Shown: one piece after another, positions 63,831 through 64,000 of the stretch
Layout: every line of letters starts with the position of its first letter
Position numbering within the stretch: position 1 is the first letter of the stretch
Source of the DNA: Amoebidium appalachense
Lineage: Eukaryota; Protista; Ichthyosporea
Direction of reading: 5' to 3'
Assembly: GCA_963693365.1 (NCBI GenBank)
Contig: CAVNZM010000003.1
Location: 10,648,988 to 10,712,987, forward strand
Length of the DNA: 64,000 nt
Made by a program: the position numbers and the translations under genes
Notes under the pieces: model-generated
Told to the model about the DNA's origin: nothing
What the model saw: the letters and a program-made list of their open reading frames with translations, nothing else
Database searches by the model: none

Positions 63831-64000
63831 ATAAGAAGAGGGTAGGCAAAGCAAGCCTCCTTCAGAAAACACATGCTTCCATTCGTGAGCAGTTTTCGTA
63901 TCCCATTTGCCAGCCATTTTCGTTGAGCAGGGGGATTCCAGGCATAATACATTCTTCTGGAGGCTTGGCCTAAAAAGAAAAGTCGTCGGAGTCGCCCTTT

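Overview
Eukaryotic, intron-rich, repeat-dense DNA, possibly from a unicellular holozoan or similar protist (weak inference from an animal-type initiator tRNA and gene content). It is saturated with (CA/GT)n and poly-C/G tracts, so most ORFs in the supplied track are spurious. Supported host genes: tRNA-iMet (5040-5111), a 6-exon mTERF-like gene (minus), a 4-exon NXPE/PC-esterase-like gene (plus), a 4-exon gamma-glutamyl hydrolase (minus), and two partial hypothetical genes. Mobile DNA: two full-length Ty1/copia elements with near-identical 1468-aa ORFs but divergent LTRs, both with a tRNA-iMet half-molecule type primer site; a TRIM using the same primer; a 5'-truncated RNase H LINE (nesting LINE > TRIM > copia > 565-bp insert); a Gypsy RT relic. 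The most unusual signal is a clan of APE-RT non-LTR elements whose 3' ends finish in ...TAAA-C(3-5) rather than poly(A). A multi-copy, structured, SINE-like intronic repeat shares an upstream motif with them and also ends in AA(A)-poly(C). The LINE-like copies sit in template-jump chimeras, one of which contains a CCA-tailed, deletion-riddled tRNA-iMet cDNA. All analysis was by eye; homopolymer lengths may include sequencing error.
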